Assembly: GCA_963767735.1 (NCBI GenBank)
Contig: CAVYES010000002.1
Span: 64,001 to 128,000, forward strand
Direction of reading: 5' to 3'
DNA length: 64,000 nucleotides
From: Candidatus Bathyarchaeota archaeon
GTDB lineage: Archaea; Thermoproteota; Bathyarchaeia; Bathyarchaeales; Bathycorpusculaceae
Part shown: piece by piece, positions 1 through 11,304 of the stretch
Layout of the letters: every line of letters begins with the position of its first letter
How positions within the stretch are numbered: the stretch's first letter is position 1
The notes under the pieces: generated by a model
What the model was told of the DNA's origin: nothing
What the model saw: only the letters and a program-made list of their open reading frames with translations
Databases searched by the model: none
Program-made: the position numbers and the translations under genes

Positions 1-184
1 TGATTAATGCAAACTCGATAATTCCACCATTCACGCTGACGACAATATAGGATACTTCTCCTAAAAAAGGGAAGAGGATTGTATAATAAAGAACGATGTT
101 TAGTAAGAAAACGGCTAAGCCTATGACGTTGTATTTTATGTAACGCCAAGTCCATTTTTTGAATATGTCTTTAAGTGCGTCCAT
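1..184 (-). CDS. GtrA-like small membrane protein (partial, runs off window edge)
   Basis: Not in the ORF track. Manual translation from ATG at 184 gives MDALKDIFKKWTWRYIKYNVIGLAVFLLNIVLYYTILFPFLGEVSYIVVSVNGGIIEFALI; the RYIKYNVIG...LNIVL pattern resembles the GtrA N-terminus. Confidence 0.55.
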   Translation of the reverse strand, partial: MDALKDIFKKWTWRYIKYNVIGLAVFLLNIVLYYTILFPFLGEVSYIVVSVNGGIIEFALI

Positions 185-516
185 TCCGTTTTCTCTTCTT
201 CTATATCCAATTAAGCGTTAATTTTGCGGTATAGGCTCAATGGCAATTTTTGCCCTTAAGCTCGTCACAACGTAAGGTTTTGCCCAATAAATGAGCTTTC
301 AGAAATCAGAATATGAATTAATAATGTTCTTTTTTTTATTTAACTTTAGATCCGAGGTGCGGCGACATGGGCATAGCCACACAGTTCTTCATAATTTATG
401 GTTGAAAGGACCGATACTTGCTTCGGTAAACTGCGGAAAGAAGCAAAACGAAGCAGATAACCCCCAAAGCTAAGGGTATGGATCTGCTTCCCGGACTTTC
501 ATGGGTTCAAGTATAG

Positions 517-1366
517 TTAACTTAGTTTTCTTGAAATGTCAGCATGCAAGAAGTAGGCTGTTGCAATAGCTATCGCTATAATCGTGTAGACAAGTAGGAT
601 TTCGATTGAGAAGCTAATTGTTGTCGTGGGAGTCGAAGAGCCAAGAAAAGTAAAGGCTGTTGATAAAGTCGAGGGAAGCCTCGGTAAAGCATATTGACTA
701 GGAAGCGAACTTGCAGCCGAAGTTGGAAGATACATCTGAACGGTTTTATAGACTATTTTGCCTGTAGACTCTAAAGATTGCACTCAAAAAAACGCTTATA
801 ATGTAGCTTGAAAAGAAAATCGCTGATGAAGTGATGTAAGCAAGAGAAGAGCGCCTGATTAGTTCTCCAAGCATGAAAGCCAAAGAAAAAAATAGTAGTG
901 AACTAAAGGCTTGAGCTATGAATAAGCCTGGAATAAGGTAAAGGCTGTTTTGGACGCCAAAAAAAGTGAAAGCTGATGAAATAGATAGGGTAAGAGTTAA
1001 AGCAAGAATAAAAAGAAACAGAAGATAGCCTCCGAGGAATTTACCTGTGATGTAGTCGCTTCGTCTTACGGGCTTTGACAAAAGAAGTTCGGCAGTGCCC
1101 TGCTCGTATTCTTCAGACATTGACCCTGCAGCTATCAGGATTGCAGTGAAGTTTAAGAAGAGAGGACCAACCAAGAGTACTGCAAGAACCCAAAGGTACG
1201 GGTAGACATCTGAAGGGACCAAGGTGGTTCCTGCTTGGGACAAAGCGTAATATGGCAGTACACTCAAAAGTATCGTGAAAGCAACTAACGCCAAAACTTT
1301 TTTTCGTGCGATGGCACGCTTGATTTCATACCGGGCAAAAGTGAAAATGACTTCAGCGCGTTTCAA
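517..1366 (-). CDS. ABC-2 type transporter permease, split by a +1 frameshift near 773-790
   Basis: SMSEEYEQGTAELLLSKPVRRSDYITGKFLG is an ABC-2 motif. The C-terminal TM helix ending FLHADIS lies in ORF 517..783. Removing one base joins ...FLSAI to LESTGKIVY... Confidence 0.8.
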
Positions 1367-2355
1367 AGTTTGCCACCTTTTGTCTCTTTAAGCGCTTCTA
1401 TGTAAGCCCTCTCAAGCATGTTCTCGCCTTGCTTGATGGTGTAGAGCTTGGCGCCTGACTTGACCACTATGTCAGCGATTTCTGGTTTAATGTCATGGTC
1501 ACGTTCACAAACTGTAATTTCGATAGCGACCGCATCCCCTTTGCTGCTATCTGCTATGTTAATTTGGGTTATTTCAGGAATCTCTTTTAATTGTTGGATC
1601 GTTTGAGGCTGTAGAGGGCTAGTCTCCAATTCAACAAGAGAGTAATCCAGCACTTTTCCCACCACTTCATCTACTGACCCCTTGAACAGTATTTTTCCAT
1701 GGTGAATCATGGCAACTGAGGTACAAAGCGATTCCACTTCGCTCATAATATGTGAGGACATAAAAACTGTACCTTTCCCGTTGGATGCGAAGTCCCTGAA
1801 AACATCCCTAAAATGAGCGACTCCAGCAGGGTCTAACCCAATCATCGGCTCATCCAGAATTAAAGTCTCTGGAGAACCGACTAAGGCTTGGGCAACGCTT
1901 AGTCTCTGAATCATCCCTTTGCTAAGTTTGCCTACCTTCGTTTCCGCGTAGTCATGTAAACCGACCAGTTCAATAACTTGGTCTATCTCGCTGCTCCGGT
2001 TTGCGTTATCTGGGAAATAGAGCTCATGCGAAATTAAATTAAGAAGCTCTCTTGGGCTTAGAAAAGTCTGTAAGTTGGGCAACTCAGGAGAATACGCCAC
2101 ATGTCTTAAAGCTTCAATATGATTGGTTATTGGGTCAAATCCGTTGACTTTCACTTTGCCGGAGGTTGGCCTGATTAACCCAAGGATTAGCCTGATACAA
2201 GTTGTTTTGCCTGATCCGTTGGGACCGAGAAACCCCACAATCTCCCCTTTTCCGATTGTAAGATTTGCCGGGCCAATTCGCCTGTTGCTGCCGTAATCTT
2301 TCACCGCTTCATTGAGCTCAATTACCGCTGAAGAGTTAGCCGTGATAGTTTTCAC
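1363..2355 (-). CDS. ABC transporter ATP-binding protein (ABC-2/DrrA-like)
   Basis: Walker A GPNGSGKT, signature LSKGMIQR, Walker B LILDEP, H-loop SSH; 4-bp overlap with the permease. Confidence 0.95.
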   Translation of the reverse strand: MKTITANSSAVIELNEAVKDYGSNRRIGPANLTIGKGEIVGFLGPNGSGKTTCIRLILGLIRPTSGKVKVNGFDPITNHIEALRHVAYSPELPNLQTFLSPRELLNLISHELYFPDNANRSSEIDQVIELVGLHDYAETKVGKLSKGMIQRLSVAQALVGSPETLILDEPMIGLDPAGVAHFRDVFRDFASNGKGTVFMSSHIMSEVESLCTSVAMIHHGKILFKGSVDEVVGKVLDYSLVELETSPLQPQTIQQLKEIPEITQINIADSSKGDAVAIEITVCERDHDIKPEIADIVVKSGAKLYTIKQGENMLERAYIEALKETKGGKL

Positions 2356-2406
2356 CTAGGCGTTCATGTTTGATGCTAAATAACCGTTTTTTGCATTACT
2401 CAATGT

Positions 2407-3202
2407 TTAGTCAACCCAGTAAGACGGCTTCTTCTCTTCCTCGTTCTCTTGCTTGACATCGCTTTCTTGGCTAGTTTTATGTTCATCTTCCCGAGTTGGC
2501 TCTTCTTGTTTTTTCTTCTTCTCCCGCGTGTATATTGTGGGGGCTGCAATAGCAACTGCCGCTACTAAGGCTACGCCAAGCACTGAGGCGCCTACGGGGT
2601 TGATGCTACCTGCTGGCGCGTTAAGTGAAAGATTTGTTGATAAGAGCGTAGCATTAATTGAAGCTGTTTGGTTTAGCGATAGTTGAACGGTATCAATTAA
2701 ACCCGATGGCATGCTAAGTATGCTGCCGTTCCCCGAAATGGATAGCTCATTGGAGGAGTTTGCGGCTGAGAAGGAGATTAAAAATTTTGTTGCTTGGTAC
2801 GTGGCGCCGTTAAAGGTGACTGAAGTCTGGCCTGCGTTAATTAGGTTTAACGTTGATGGAGATTCCTTGAGTTTGATATGACAGTGACTGGTTTGTTACT
2901 GCAGGCAAGTATGGGAAGATTTCCAGCAAAGAAGTAGTGTTAACAACTTTAGCGTAAGTAAGGTTTGCCGCTGTCGAGGATATGCCTAGTATAAGGTTTA
3001 CAAACCCCGTTTGGCCAGTGGATTGGACGGACTCGTTCACGATGCCGCTGGCAGACGGGAAAGAATTACCTATGCCACTTGCAGTAACTTCGTATTGTGC
3101 GTAACCGTTAGATGGACCGTAGGTTAGCGCAAAACTGGTTCCCACGCCAAACAAAATCGTTAATACCAAAAAAGTTGCAACAGCAATTTTGAGAGAATGC
3201 AT
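2407..3202 (-). CDS. Secreted, C-terminally membrane-anchored protein of the ABC operon, split by a +1 frameshift near 2847
   Basis: Signal peptide in 2837..3202. Deleting one A (GTTAAACCT to GTTAACCT) reads through NLINAGQTSVTFNGATY... into ORF 2407..2712, which has a TM helix and a charged tail. Confidence 0.7.
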
Positions 3203-3566
3203 AATGTCACCAACACAATTAATTTCCTAGCGTCTAGTGGCCGAGGAAGGATAAAAAGAGTTTCTCTTAGAAGATGCATTTTGTAAATGAGATTTTCGAT
3301 CAATTTCGCGCGCTAGGACCGCGCTGTGGCGAAGTGTTGAAGCTTAGGAACATTGTTTCACGTATGAGCGGAATTTACTGAGACAGATTTGAATTTTCGC
3401 ACAGTCTCAACAGCTATGCGCAGATTAAATTATGATTCCGACTTTTATCAACTTAACCTGCAAACGATCCGAACTCTAAAAAAGAAAGCAGCCCAAAACA
3501 TCCAAAACAGTCAGCCCAGAAACAACAGATGTCAAGAACATCGCGGAAGATTTTAAAGGACACAAA

Positions 3567-3636
3567 AATACATTTTGGTACGTTTTGGTACTTTTTGATA
3601 CATTCCGATACATCTTAATACATTTCTGTACGCAAC
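3567..3636. repeat. Degenerate 10-bp tandem array, 7 units, consensus about RRTACATTTT
   Basis: AATACATTTT GGTACGTTTT GGTACTTTTT GATACATTCC GATACATCTT AATACATTTC TGTACGCAAC; TAC recurs exactly every 10 bp. Confidence 0.8.
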
Positions 3637-3761
3637 CTGCAAACAATTTAAGCCCTAAACCAAAAAACCAGCCCAAAACAACCAGAACAAAAATGGCAAC
3701 ACACACGTTGGTGTTCTGCTTCATCAACTACAAAACAATAATTAGAGATGGTGGCGCCGTT

Positions 3762-4847
3762 TCAGGCTATTTTTTTAAAAAAGGCGTTTAGTTTTGTCCA
3801 TGTTGGGTGTTTGCCTTCGGGGTCTGTTAGGTAGCATGCGGCAACCGCGTTCGCCAACATTAAGCGGCACTCATCTGAAAGACTGTTTTTGTCGCCGATG
3901 ATGTTTCCTGCAGTCCAAGCATCACCCGCGCCCGTCGCACGTAAAACCTCTACCTTAAACGTTGGAACCACTTTCTCCGTTTTTCCTTTCAAGGTTGCTG
4001 AGAAATCCGTGGTATGCAAATCAATTCTTGACGACAAATGCTTTGCTAGCACTCGTGCCGCTTCCATCGCCAACTCAGCGAAACCGAAATTTCCACGCTT
4101 ATCGTTAATTGTCTTATCAAGGGCTGCGGCGTAAATGATTGCTTCATTCTCGTTTACGCTTAAAACGTCCAGATGGCTGGATTTTAAAACTGCTTCCATC
4201 AATTGGGGCATTGCGGGCAAGTTAGGCGAGGGGTCTGCCGTATCAAAGTAAGTTTTGCCTTTGCCTTTCGTTTTTGCTCTTCCAAAAACTGCTTGAGCCA
4301 GCACCGTGCCGAATTTTAATGTGCCAGCCCAATCGAAAAGACAAGTGTAATCGGCATCTTCAATCAATGCATAATCGCTTTCATTCAAATCTTCAGGACT
4401 AAAATCTGCTAATGACCCTAAATCGCGTATCATAACATTTGTTTTCTGCTCTTTGTTTTTGAACTCTAACGCGGTTGTTATTGAGGCGTTGCTTCGGATT
4501 TTTATATGTGATAAATCGACTGGAGCATCTTTCAAGTAGTGTTTTATTTGTTGCAAGCCGTATTCGCTTGTGCAAACAATCGGGGTAACCGCGGCATCCA
4601 GGTTGGCCAAGGCTGACGCGACGTTGATGGCGTTTCCTCCACGCATATCTGTTTGCGGGACGCCGTCGATGCTGCCGCCTTTCCGTTTAGCCACATCCGA
4701 AATTAACTTTGAAAATTCTGAAGGTGACCAGTTCAAATTTATAAGTCGGTCAAGAAAAAAATCAGGTAAAACAGCAACTTTGCATTCTTTCGCCTTCTCT
4801 AAAAGAAAGCTTTGCAGCTCTTTTTTGCACTCCGAGTTATACATCAA
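3762..4847 (-). CDS. PfkB/ribokinase-family carbohydrate kinase
   Basis: N-terminal GGNAINVASALANL and C-terminal ATGAGDAW signatures; NENEA motif. Confidence 0.9.
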   Translation of the reverse strand: MMYNSECKKELQSFLLEKAKECKVAVLPDFFLDRLINLNWSPSEFSKLISDVAKRKGGSIDGVPQTDMRGGNAINVASALANLDAAVTPIVCTSEYGLQQIKHYLKDAPVDLSHIKIRSNASITTALEFKNKEQKTNVMIRDLGSLADFSPEDLNESDYALIEDADYTCLFDWAGTLKFGTVLAQAVFGRAKTKGKGKTYFDTADPSPNLPAMPQLMEAVLKSSHLDVLSVNENEAIIYAAALDKTINDKRGNFGFAELAMEAARVLAKHLSSRIDLHTTDFSATLKGKTEKVVPTFKVEVLRATGAGDAWTAGNIIGDKNSLSDECRLMLANAVAACYLTDPEGKHPTWTKLNAFFKKIA

Positions 4848-4947
4848 AACGCTCCTTTTAGGTTCCTTTTAGGTTTATTTCCAAAAAGCTAAAATACCTT
4901 TTGATTTAAAATGTATATTGATAGGGTCTTTGGAAGGGAGATAGGGT

Positions 4948-5205
4948 TTGAAGTTTAAAACGGAAGTTAGTTTACTATCATTGGCGATTGTATTGTTTGT
5001 AATAAGCGCTTTCTTCTATTCTTATCAGACAGGCGGTTCAAATTTTAATTTGAATTGGGCTGCTTATCCATATCAAGGATACGCCCTTGCGTTTGTTAGT
5101 TTTGGCTTATTTCTTACCGTGACCGCATCAGTCTCTTATGCAAAACGTGGCAAAAACATGTTCATTGAAGATTTTGATTTTTTATCCGAGAATAAATCTA
5201 ACTAG
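4948..5205 (+). CDS. Small two-TM membrane protein
   Basis: Two hydrophobic helices; purine-rich SD-like sequence before a TTG start. Confidence 0.6.
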   Translation: MKFKTEVSLLSLAIVLFVISAFFYSYQTGGSNFNLNWAAYPYQGYALAFVSFGLFLTVTASVSYAKRGKNMFIEDFDFLSENKSN

Positions 5206-6039
5206 CAGCCAAACTATATCTCCGCACAGTAAAGCGACGATTAAACCTAAAGTTATGAATATCAACATTGGCAAACCTGGTGTTGCCCACACATAAGTAT
5301 CGATTTTTCCTGCCTGAACCGCGTTGGATAAGCGTTCAACAATTTTGTCTCTTCCCTCATCATTTGGAATAACAACCAGTTTTCTCTGCAAATCATTCTC
5401 GCCGTCTTGCACATCTTCCATTGGAAAAATGTGCCATTTCTCCTTTAACTTTGAAATCGTCACCTTGTAACCAGTTATCAGGATAACTATTTTTTTCCAC
5501 ACTGATTCGCGTGCAAGTGTTCCTGTAAACATTTTTTTGCCATTTTTTCTGTGCCAAACCACATTCCGCAGTATCATGTATATGCCGCTTGCTGCAGCGA
5601 ATAGGACGCCGTTGCTGAATATGGTTAATGGGAATATGACTTGGGAGATAGGCGATAAGCCTCCAGCCAAGATAGGCGTAAACAACGCCACTGGAGCAAA
5701 CGGCAAAGCAAAAGCAATGCACATAAGGGCTTTTGAGTCAGCGCCGCCAAACGCACCTGAATAAAACAAAAGAAAAGCCAACCCGACCGTGAAGCCTACG
5801 CTGACCCCGAAAAAGACAAGTTGTTTTGATGAGTCATAGAGGAGTAGCTCAGGTATGGCAAGCGCGACTGCTATGGGTGCATAGACTGCCCAGACGCGGT
5901 TGCTTACTTCGCGGGTTTTATAGTCGCTCCATGAAGCATAAGTGAGCAAGGCTACGGAAACCGCAACTTGCAACGCAACGAGGATAGCTAGAAAGTTCAA
6001 TCTAATCCCTTGTTTTGCTTTTATGATTCCCCATCGCAT
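5182..6039 (-). CDS. flaK: Prepilin/prearchaellin peptidase (A24, FlaK/PibD-like); true start may be a few codons downstream
   Basis: Catalytic aspartates in SWSDYKTREV and GGADSKA; archaeal C-terminal VWATPGLPMLIFI; lies downstream of the pilin-like cluster. Confidence 0.9.
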   Translation of the reverse strand: MRWGIIKAKQGIRLNFLAILVALQVAVSVALLTYASWSDYKTREVSNRVWAVYAPIAVALAIPELLLYDSSKQLVFFGVSVGFTVGLAFLLFYSGAFGGADSKALMCIAFALPFAPVALFTPILAGGLSPISQVIFPLTIFSNGVLFAAASGIYMILRNVVWHRKNGKKMFTGTLARESVWKKIVILITGYKVTISKLKEKWHIFPMEDVQDGENDLQRKLVVIPNDEGRDKIVERLSNAVQAGKIDTYVWATPGLPMLIFITLGLIVALLCGDIVWLLVRFILG

Positions 6040-6203
6040 TAATAAAATATGCCATAATTGGTTGGATGAAATTAAAGATAGAAGCGCGACTTGTTAATTT
6101 AATGTTAATATTCTTCACCCTTCAATTTCTATAAAAAAGCATAATCACTATTTATTGAATATGAATGTCAAATACTTATCAAAAATAAGGAACGATAGAG
6201 ATG

Positions 6204-9200
6204 CTATGTACCAACGGTCACGGTAATCGTCGGAGGCATCTCGGCTAGTATCCACATTCCAGGCTGATCGTTTCCGCTGTAAATTGGCGGGGCGGACCCA
6301 GCGAATGTTACCACCGCGCCGTCCCATGTCACATCAAAAGCTTGTTGGAACGTAACAGGATTAAGCGACACTGGCAGCAGGTAGATTGTTTGTGGGGATG
6401 CAGAGCTTGCAGTTAATGCGCCTCGCGTGGTCGCGGGAGCCATAGAATCAAAAGTGTAAAGCATGTGATTAGCTTGGTCAGTGAACATTATGCCTGCACC
6501 TTGCGTGCCTGTTGTGAATTGGCTCCAGTGATGTACCCAAGTTGCTGATGAGTTGAAGACTTGTGTGCCGCTGGCAACGACGGGGTCACCCTGCGCTGTT
6601 CCGTTTTCAGTCTCCAGCGTCCCAACAGTTGAAGTCAATGAAATGGGACACAACTCAGTTATTGTGCGGGCTTGCTGTGAAGGCAAAAACATGAGACTGA
6701 GTTGGTAGGTGAAGTAGGTCGCGTTGGCGGGTAAAGTAAGCACTATATCAGCGTATAGGTTTGGTGAACCGGGAACTCCACCTGGGTAACCTGAAGGGTC
6801 CCATTCAGCTTCCTGTTGAATTATATCTCGAACTACGCCGTGCGTAACAACCCAGTCTATTCCTGATCCATAATTGCTTGTGAAATTGTTTATTTGCATG
6901 AAATTTACTGTGCTATTGGTGCCGGTGCTATCAACTGTTGAGGTTACGGTAAAGCCGCCGCTAAATTGGAGATTTAACTGCCCATTATCAAGTTTGCTGC
7001 CATAATTATCATTTTTAAAATTTGAACTGGTGAAGGCTAATGGGGTTTGGATTGCTTGATCGCTGCCGTTCCACCACACAGTGAATTCTGAAACGTGAGT
7101 GGTTACTAGAAAAACAACCATTTGCATGTTGCCAAAGACCGTGGCGTTATTTGTTAACCCTAAAGGTATAGTGTAGGAAGATGCCCAATCCTCAATTTGG
7201 AAGGGCACTTGCTGATTAATTCCAGCTATAGTCTCGTTGATGTGAATAGCCTTCACCGGAACAGGCGGAATAGGAATCGTTTGGGTAGTGATTTGCAGGC
7301 TTTGGCCCAACCAGATCATCGTTCCGTTTTGAAGCAGCTCGACGGCGACTGTTGCAGCTGGACTTTGCAGTGACGAGAATAAGGCTTGATCTAGATTCAG
7401 GTCTGATCAAATCGGCGCCTACCTGCCAACTGATTGGTGAATTGTCGCCGGCATCATTGTTGATGAATCTTATAGTGAAAGTTGTGGAGCCAGCAGCTAA
7501 ATAGGAATTAATGGACATGTTGTTCCAGCCGCTTACGAGCGAGGAGCTTAGAAGTTGCCATGAACCATCGTACCAAGCGTCAACTGCTAGGTTACTTGAG
7601 CCCATGGTGCCTCCATAAATGCAAAGTGCCGGATGAGTAAGCGCTGTATAGTTCAGGTTCGTCCACTGTTCCTCAAGATTGAGCCCATACAAAGCTGAGG
7701 CAGGTCCATAACGTGCCAAGTTCAACTTGATTGTGAATGGCGACGAGACTGATGCAGTGGCTGTAACGCAAAGTTGCCAGGCTCCAATATCAGACTTAAA
7801 GTTTCCTGCTTTGGAAGTTATGGTTGCCTGCTCAGTTTGGTTGGATACTCCAAAATTTGTTGTCATATATCCGTCGCTACCCGACGTGGCATAGAGTCCC
7901 GTATTGTAGTTGAAAAGCTGCAAAACTATGCTTGCACTAGTAGATGATGAGCCGTCGACTGCCCAGTTAAGGTTGTTCCAGTTAAGTATGTTTGAAGAGC
8001 CAGCGAACACCACACTGCATGTGTACTGGCTTGGCACAGAATAGCCACAATAAATGCTGTACTCGTGGTTACTATGGGTAAAAGCGGGAGAAGCGGGCCA
8101 CGTACCAAAGGTTTGAGTGAAACTTTGACCTTGATTTGTGGTGCCACTGTTGTAGCTTAACGTGAAGCCGCCGCCTGCGGTAGACCAAACAACCAGAATG
8201 TAGTTGGTGTTTGCAGTAAGAAACGGCAGCGGAGTTGAGAAGCTAAAGGTTGCCCATCCCGTCGCAGATATCGTGAGTGCTTGTGTACTTGCAATAAAGG
8301 CGTTAGAGCTTGAGTAGATTGCCGCTTGGGCCTCAACTGTTGGCTGGTACGTGCAATAGATGCTGTATTCATTGCTAACGGAGCTAAAACTTGGTTGAGT
8401 AGGCCATGTGCCGTAAGTTTGAGAGAAGCTATCGCCTTGGTTACCGCTGCCGCTCTTGTAGTACAGGTTTGCGTTGCCGGTACCGGATGCTGAATAAACG
8501 ACTAAAATGTAAGTGTCGCCAGCAACAAGGGTTGGACCGCTAGCGAAAGTGAAGGTTACCCAGTCAGTAGTTCCTGAGTTTACTAACTGTTGGTTGGTTT
8601 GTGCAACCAGACTGTCGTTAGAGTTGTAGTATATGGCGGCCTCCATATCTTTTGAAGAAGAGGAACATCCTATGTAGGCAGTTATGCTTGTTGCAATGCC
8701 ACTGTATGTCGGGGCAAACTGACCTACCTCTCATCGTGTTTATGATTGAAGCCGTAGAAGAATACTGAGAAGTATAGCCGAATGTTTGCGTAGGCGCCGC
8801 TTGGATATGCGCTTCAATGTTTTGGGCCACGGCGTTTGTTGGCATGTTAAAAACGGATCCAATAATTGTGTTCTCGATACTTTGAGAAGAACCCCCGGCA
8901 GTGGTATAGCCGAAGTTGGATGAGCTTGAATACGCAGATGGATAAGAGTTAAAAGTCATGTAGTTGCCGTTATTGCTCTGTAAGTTGGCTAATGTCCCTG
9001 AAGCGAAGGTTGACCCACCTGTTGGGTTGTAGCTGCTTGGGTAATAATATTCGACTTGTGAACCATAATTTGCTTCGGTTAAACTATCGTAAATCCCGTC
9101 TGGAGGAGATAGTTGTGCCGGGAAGTTGCTGTGGGTTCCTACGTCAGAAACAGAGCCATCAACTGTTCACATAATCGCCTCCGCTAACGGAGGTGGTGTT

Positions 9201-9944
9201 GAATGTGAGGCTTCCTGTGTATTGGCTAAAAGAAGAAGCTGCAACCATGATACCGCGTGAGTCTTCCACTTGAATAATGTAGGATTGAGGGTTTATTCCC
9301 GATGGGATATTAATAGTGTATGTGCCGTTGCTGGAGGAGACTGGTTCACTGGGCGGGTTCACCATTGCCCAAGTCAAGTTCGAATATTGGTAACGATAGA
9401 AGTTGAAACTCGACGTGCTCAAATCGACTGCCGGTTCGTTTTCATCTTGGGTAACCGTTAGGGAAACTTGAGTTTTGGAATCAGAAGGCAGAATTTGAAC
9501 GTTTAATGAGCAAGATACTGAGTAGGCTACGCCAGTTATGCCAAGCCCTGTGAGACCGTATGTGACGTTTAGAGTTCCTTCGCTGTAGCTGTCATTTGTA
9601 AACCAATTAGTCTGAAGGGATAAAGAAGTATTGTTGAAAGAGGTGCCCCATTCGGGGTTCATGTCAACGATATTTTCTAAACCGCTGTTAAGATAATTTG
9701 AGGATTGTGCATAAGCGTAAGAGGAGTTGCCGGTGACCTGCAGGACTGAACCGAAGTAGCCCACGGTGAAGCCAAGCACCTGTTTTAGGGCAAGATTAGT
9801 TTCGTCTACGGCACTCATGATTTGCGGTTGGTCTTGGTTGGGGCTGTAATGAATTGCAGAGTATGTGACCATGACACTTGAGACAAGGATAACAACTACA
9901 AACAAAGCTGCAATAATTGAAAACTGACCTTTTTTGTTCATCAT
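6204..9944 (-). CDS. Giant (~1245 aa reconstructed) class III signal peptide adhesin/minor pilin, split by three frameshifts (~9165, ~8724, ~7392)
   Basis: N-terminus MMNKKG|QFSIIAALFVVV is a class III signal. ORFs 9159..9944, 8618..8959, 7216..8646 and 6204..7319 join into one S/T/N-rich extracellular sequence after three frame corrections. Confidence 0.75.
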
Positions 9945-9946
9945 TA

Positions 9947-11302
9947 TTAGGTTCCTCCAGCAATGCCAAGCTGCAAAACCACCAAGCGGGACGAGTCTTG
10001 TGCAGTGTAATCAGCAGCGTAAATCCTAGGCTGGTAATAAGAGAGAATGGCAAGCGCTGTAATTCTTATGTCTGTTGACCTTGTTAATCCGATGGGAATT
10101 AGTGTTCCACAAATCGCTCCGGCACTGTTCAGATGTGCAAACGTGGAGCCTGCAAGCCACGTTTTTCCTCCGTCAGCTACTGAATTAAAAACCGATGATT
10201 CCGCAACTAGATTGTAACTGCCTTCGATCGATGATGGTACAGCTCTTGTCGCAGTTTGAGTGGTAGAAGGATAAATCCCGTAATAGTTCATTAAACCTTG
10301 TGTCCCGGACGAAATGGTAACTTGCTCACTGGCAGGGTTTCCGTTTCCATTTAAAGTTATCCATCCAATAGTGTCGGTGGTGTAAGATTGACCATTTAGA
10401 CCGCTCAAAAAACTATTGAGACCAGCTGCTCCTACAGCTTCCATTCCATAGATGCCCCACCCGTTTTGATTAGTTGATCCTGTGAATTGTCCAGTGTTTG
10501 TAACGTAATAGAACGGATATCCAACTATGCTGGTCCAAGTCCAGTTGTACTGGTTAACTTTTTGTCCTAAGAAGTTCGCGTAGTCGGCGTATCCTCCGTT
10601 TGAGTAAGGAGCCCCGCAATACGCTGTTGGGATAGGCACTGCTTCTCCACATGTATTTATGATAACCGCATTCTGGACAGTTCCACCATCTAACGGGGAT
10701 CCCCCCAGCAGTGTTCCAAGCTGCGTCGTGTTCTGAACCAACACGGTTGTTGCAAAGTATGGCGACAGCAAATTGTACAGGTTTTGAGCTAGGCTTTGAG
10801 GAGTGTAACCTGTGATCCACCAGCCTTCTGTGTCGTTGCAGTCCAGAATATAAAGCGTGATGCCTCCGCCGCCGTTGGATTCACCTATTTTTTGTGGCGT
10901 AACGTCAAAAGTAACGTTTGAAGAAGCGACAAGATAAGATGATGCGTCTGAAGTGACTCCGAGGTTCTTAGCGTTTGACATGGACTCTTGAGCACTGTAA
11001 AGTGTTGCACCGTCTTGGTTATCGTTGACATTATAAAATGTCAGGTTGTATAGCATGTTAGGCGGCAAGGAAGAAGAAAGGGCGACCTGTAATTGATTCA
11101 TGAGCGTAGCGTTGTTAGTGTCAAAAGCGGCTTGACTCAAGGCATGATTTGAATCCAGCATCTCTAACGTTGTGAGTGAGAGTCGATTGAGGTTAACTGG
11201 CGAAACTTGGTTCGGTGAAGGCAACACGGCAAAATAGGAAACTCCTACGAAAGCGCCGGCTATTATAACTATTGCAATTACCACTTCAACAGTACGCATC
11301 AT
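9947..11302 (-). CDS. Pilin-like protein with a large extracellular domain
   Basis: N-terminal MRTVEVVIAIVIIAG hydrophobic helix with Glu at +5; C-terminal RLVVLQLG strand; operonic spacing. Confidence 0.75.
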   Translation of the reverse strand: MMRTVEVVIAIVIIAGAFVGVSYFAVLPSPNQVSPVNLNRLSLTTLEMLDSNHALSQAAFDTNNATLMNQLQVALSSSLPPNMLYNLTFYNVNDNQDGATLYSAQESMSNAKNLGVTSDASSYLVASSNVTFDVTPQKIGESNGGGGITLYILDCNDTEGWWITGYTPQSLAQNLYNLLSPYFATTVLVQNTTQLGTLLGGSPLDGGTVQNAVIINTCGEAVPIPTAYCGAPYSNGGYADYANFLGQKVNQYNWTWTSIVGYPFYYVTNTGQFTGSTNQNGWGIYGMEAVGAAGLNSFLSGLNGQSYTTDTIGWITLNGNGNPASEQVTISSGTQGLMNYYGIYPSTTQTATRAVPSSIEGSYNLVAESSVFNSVADGGKTWLAGSTFAHLNSAGAICGTLIPIGLTRSTDIRITALAILSYYQPRIYAADYTAQDSSRLVVLQLGIAGGT

Positions 11303-11304
11303 TT

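Noticed and set aside
3567-3636. CRISPR array interpretation of the tandem repeat
   Set aside because: The period is 10 bp with no unique spacers, and there are no cas genes.
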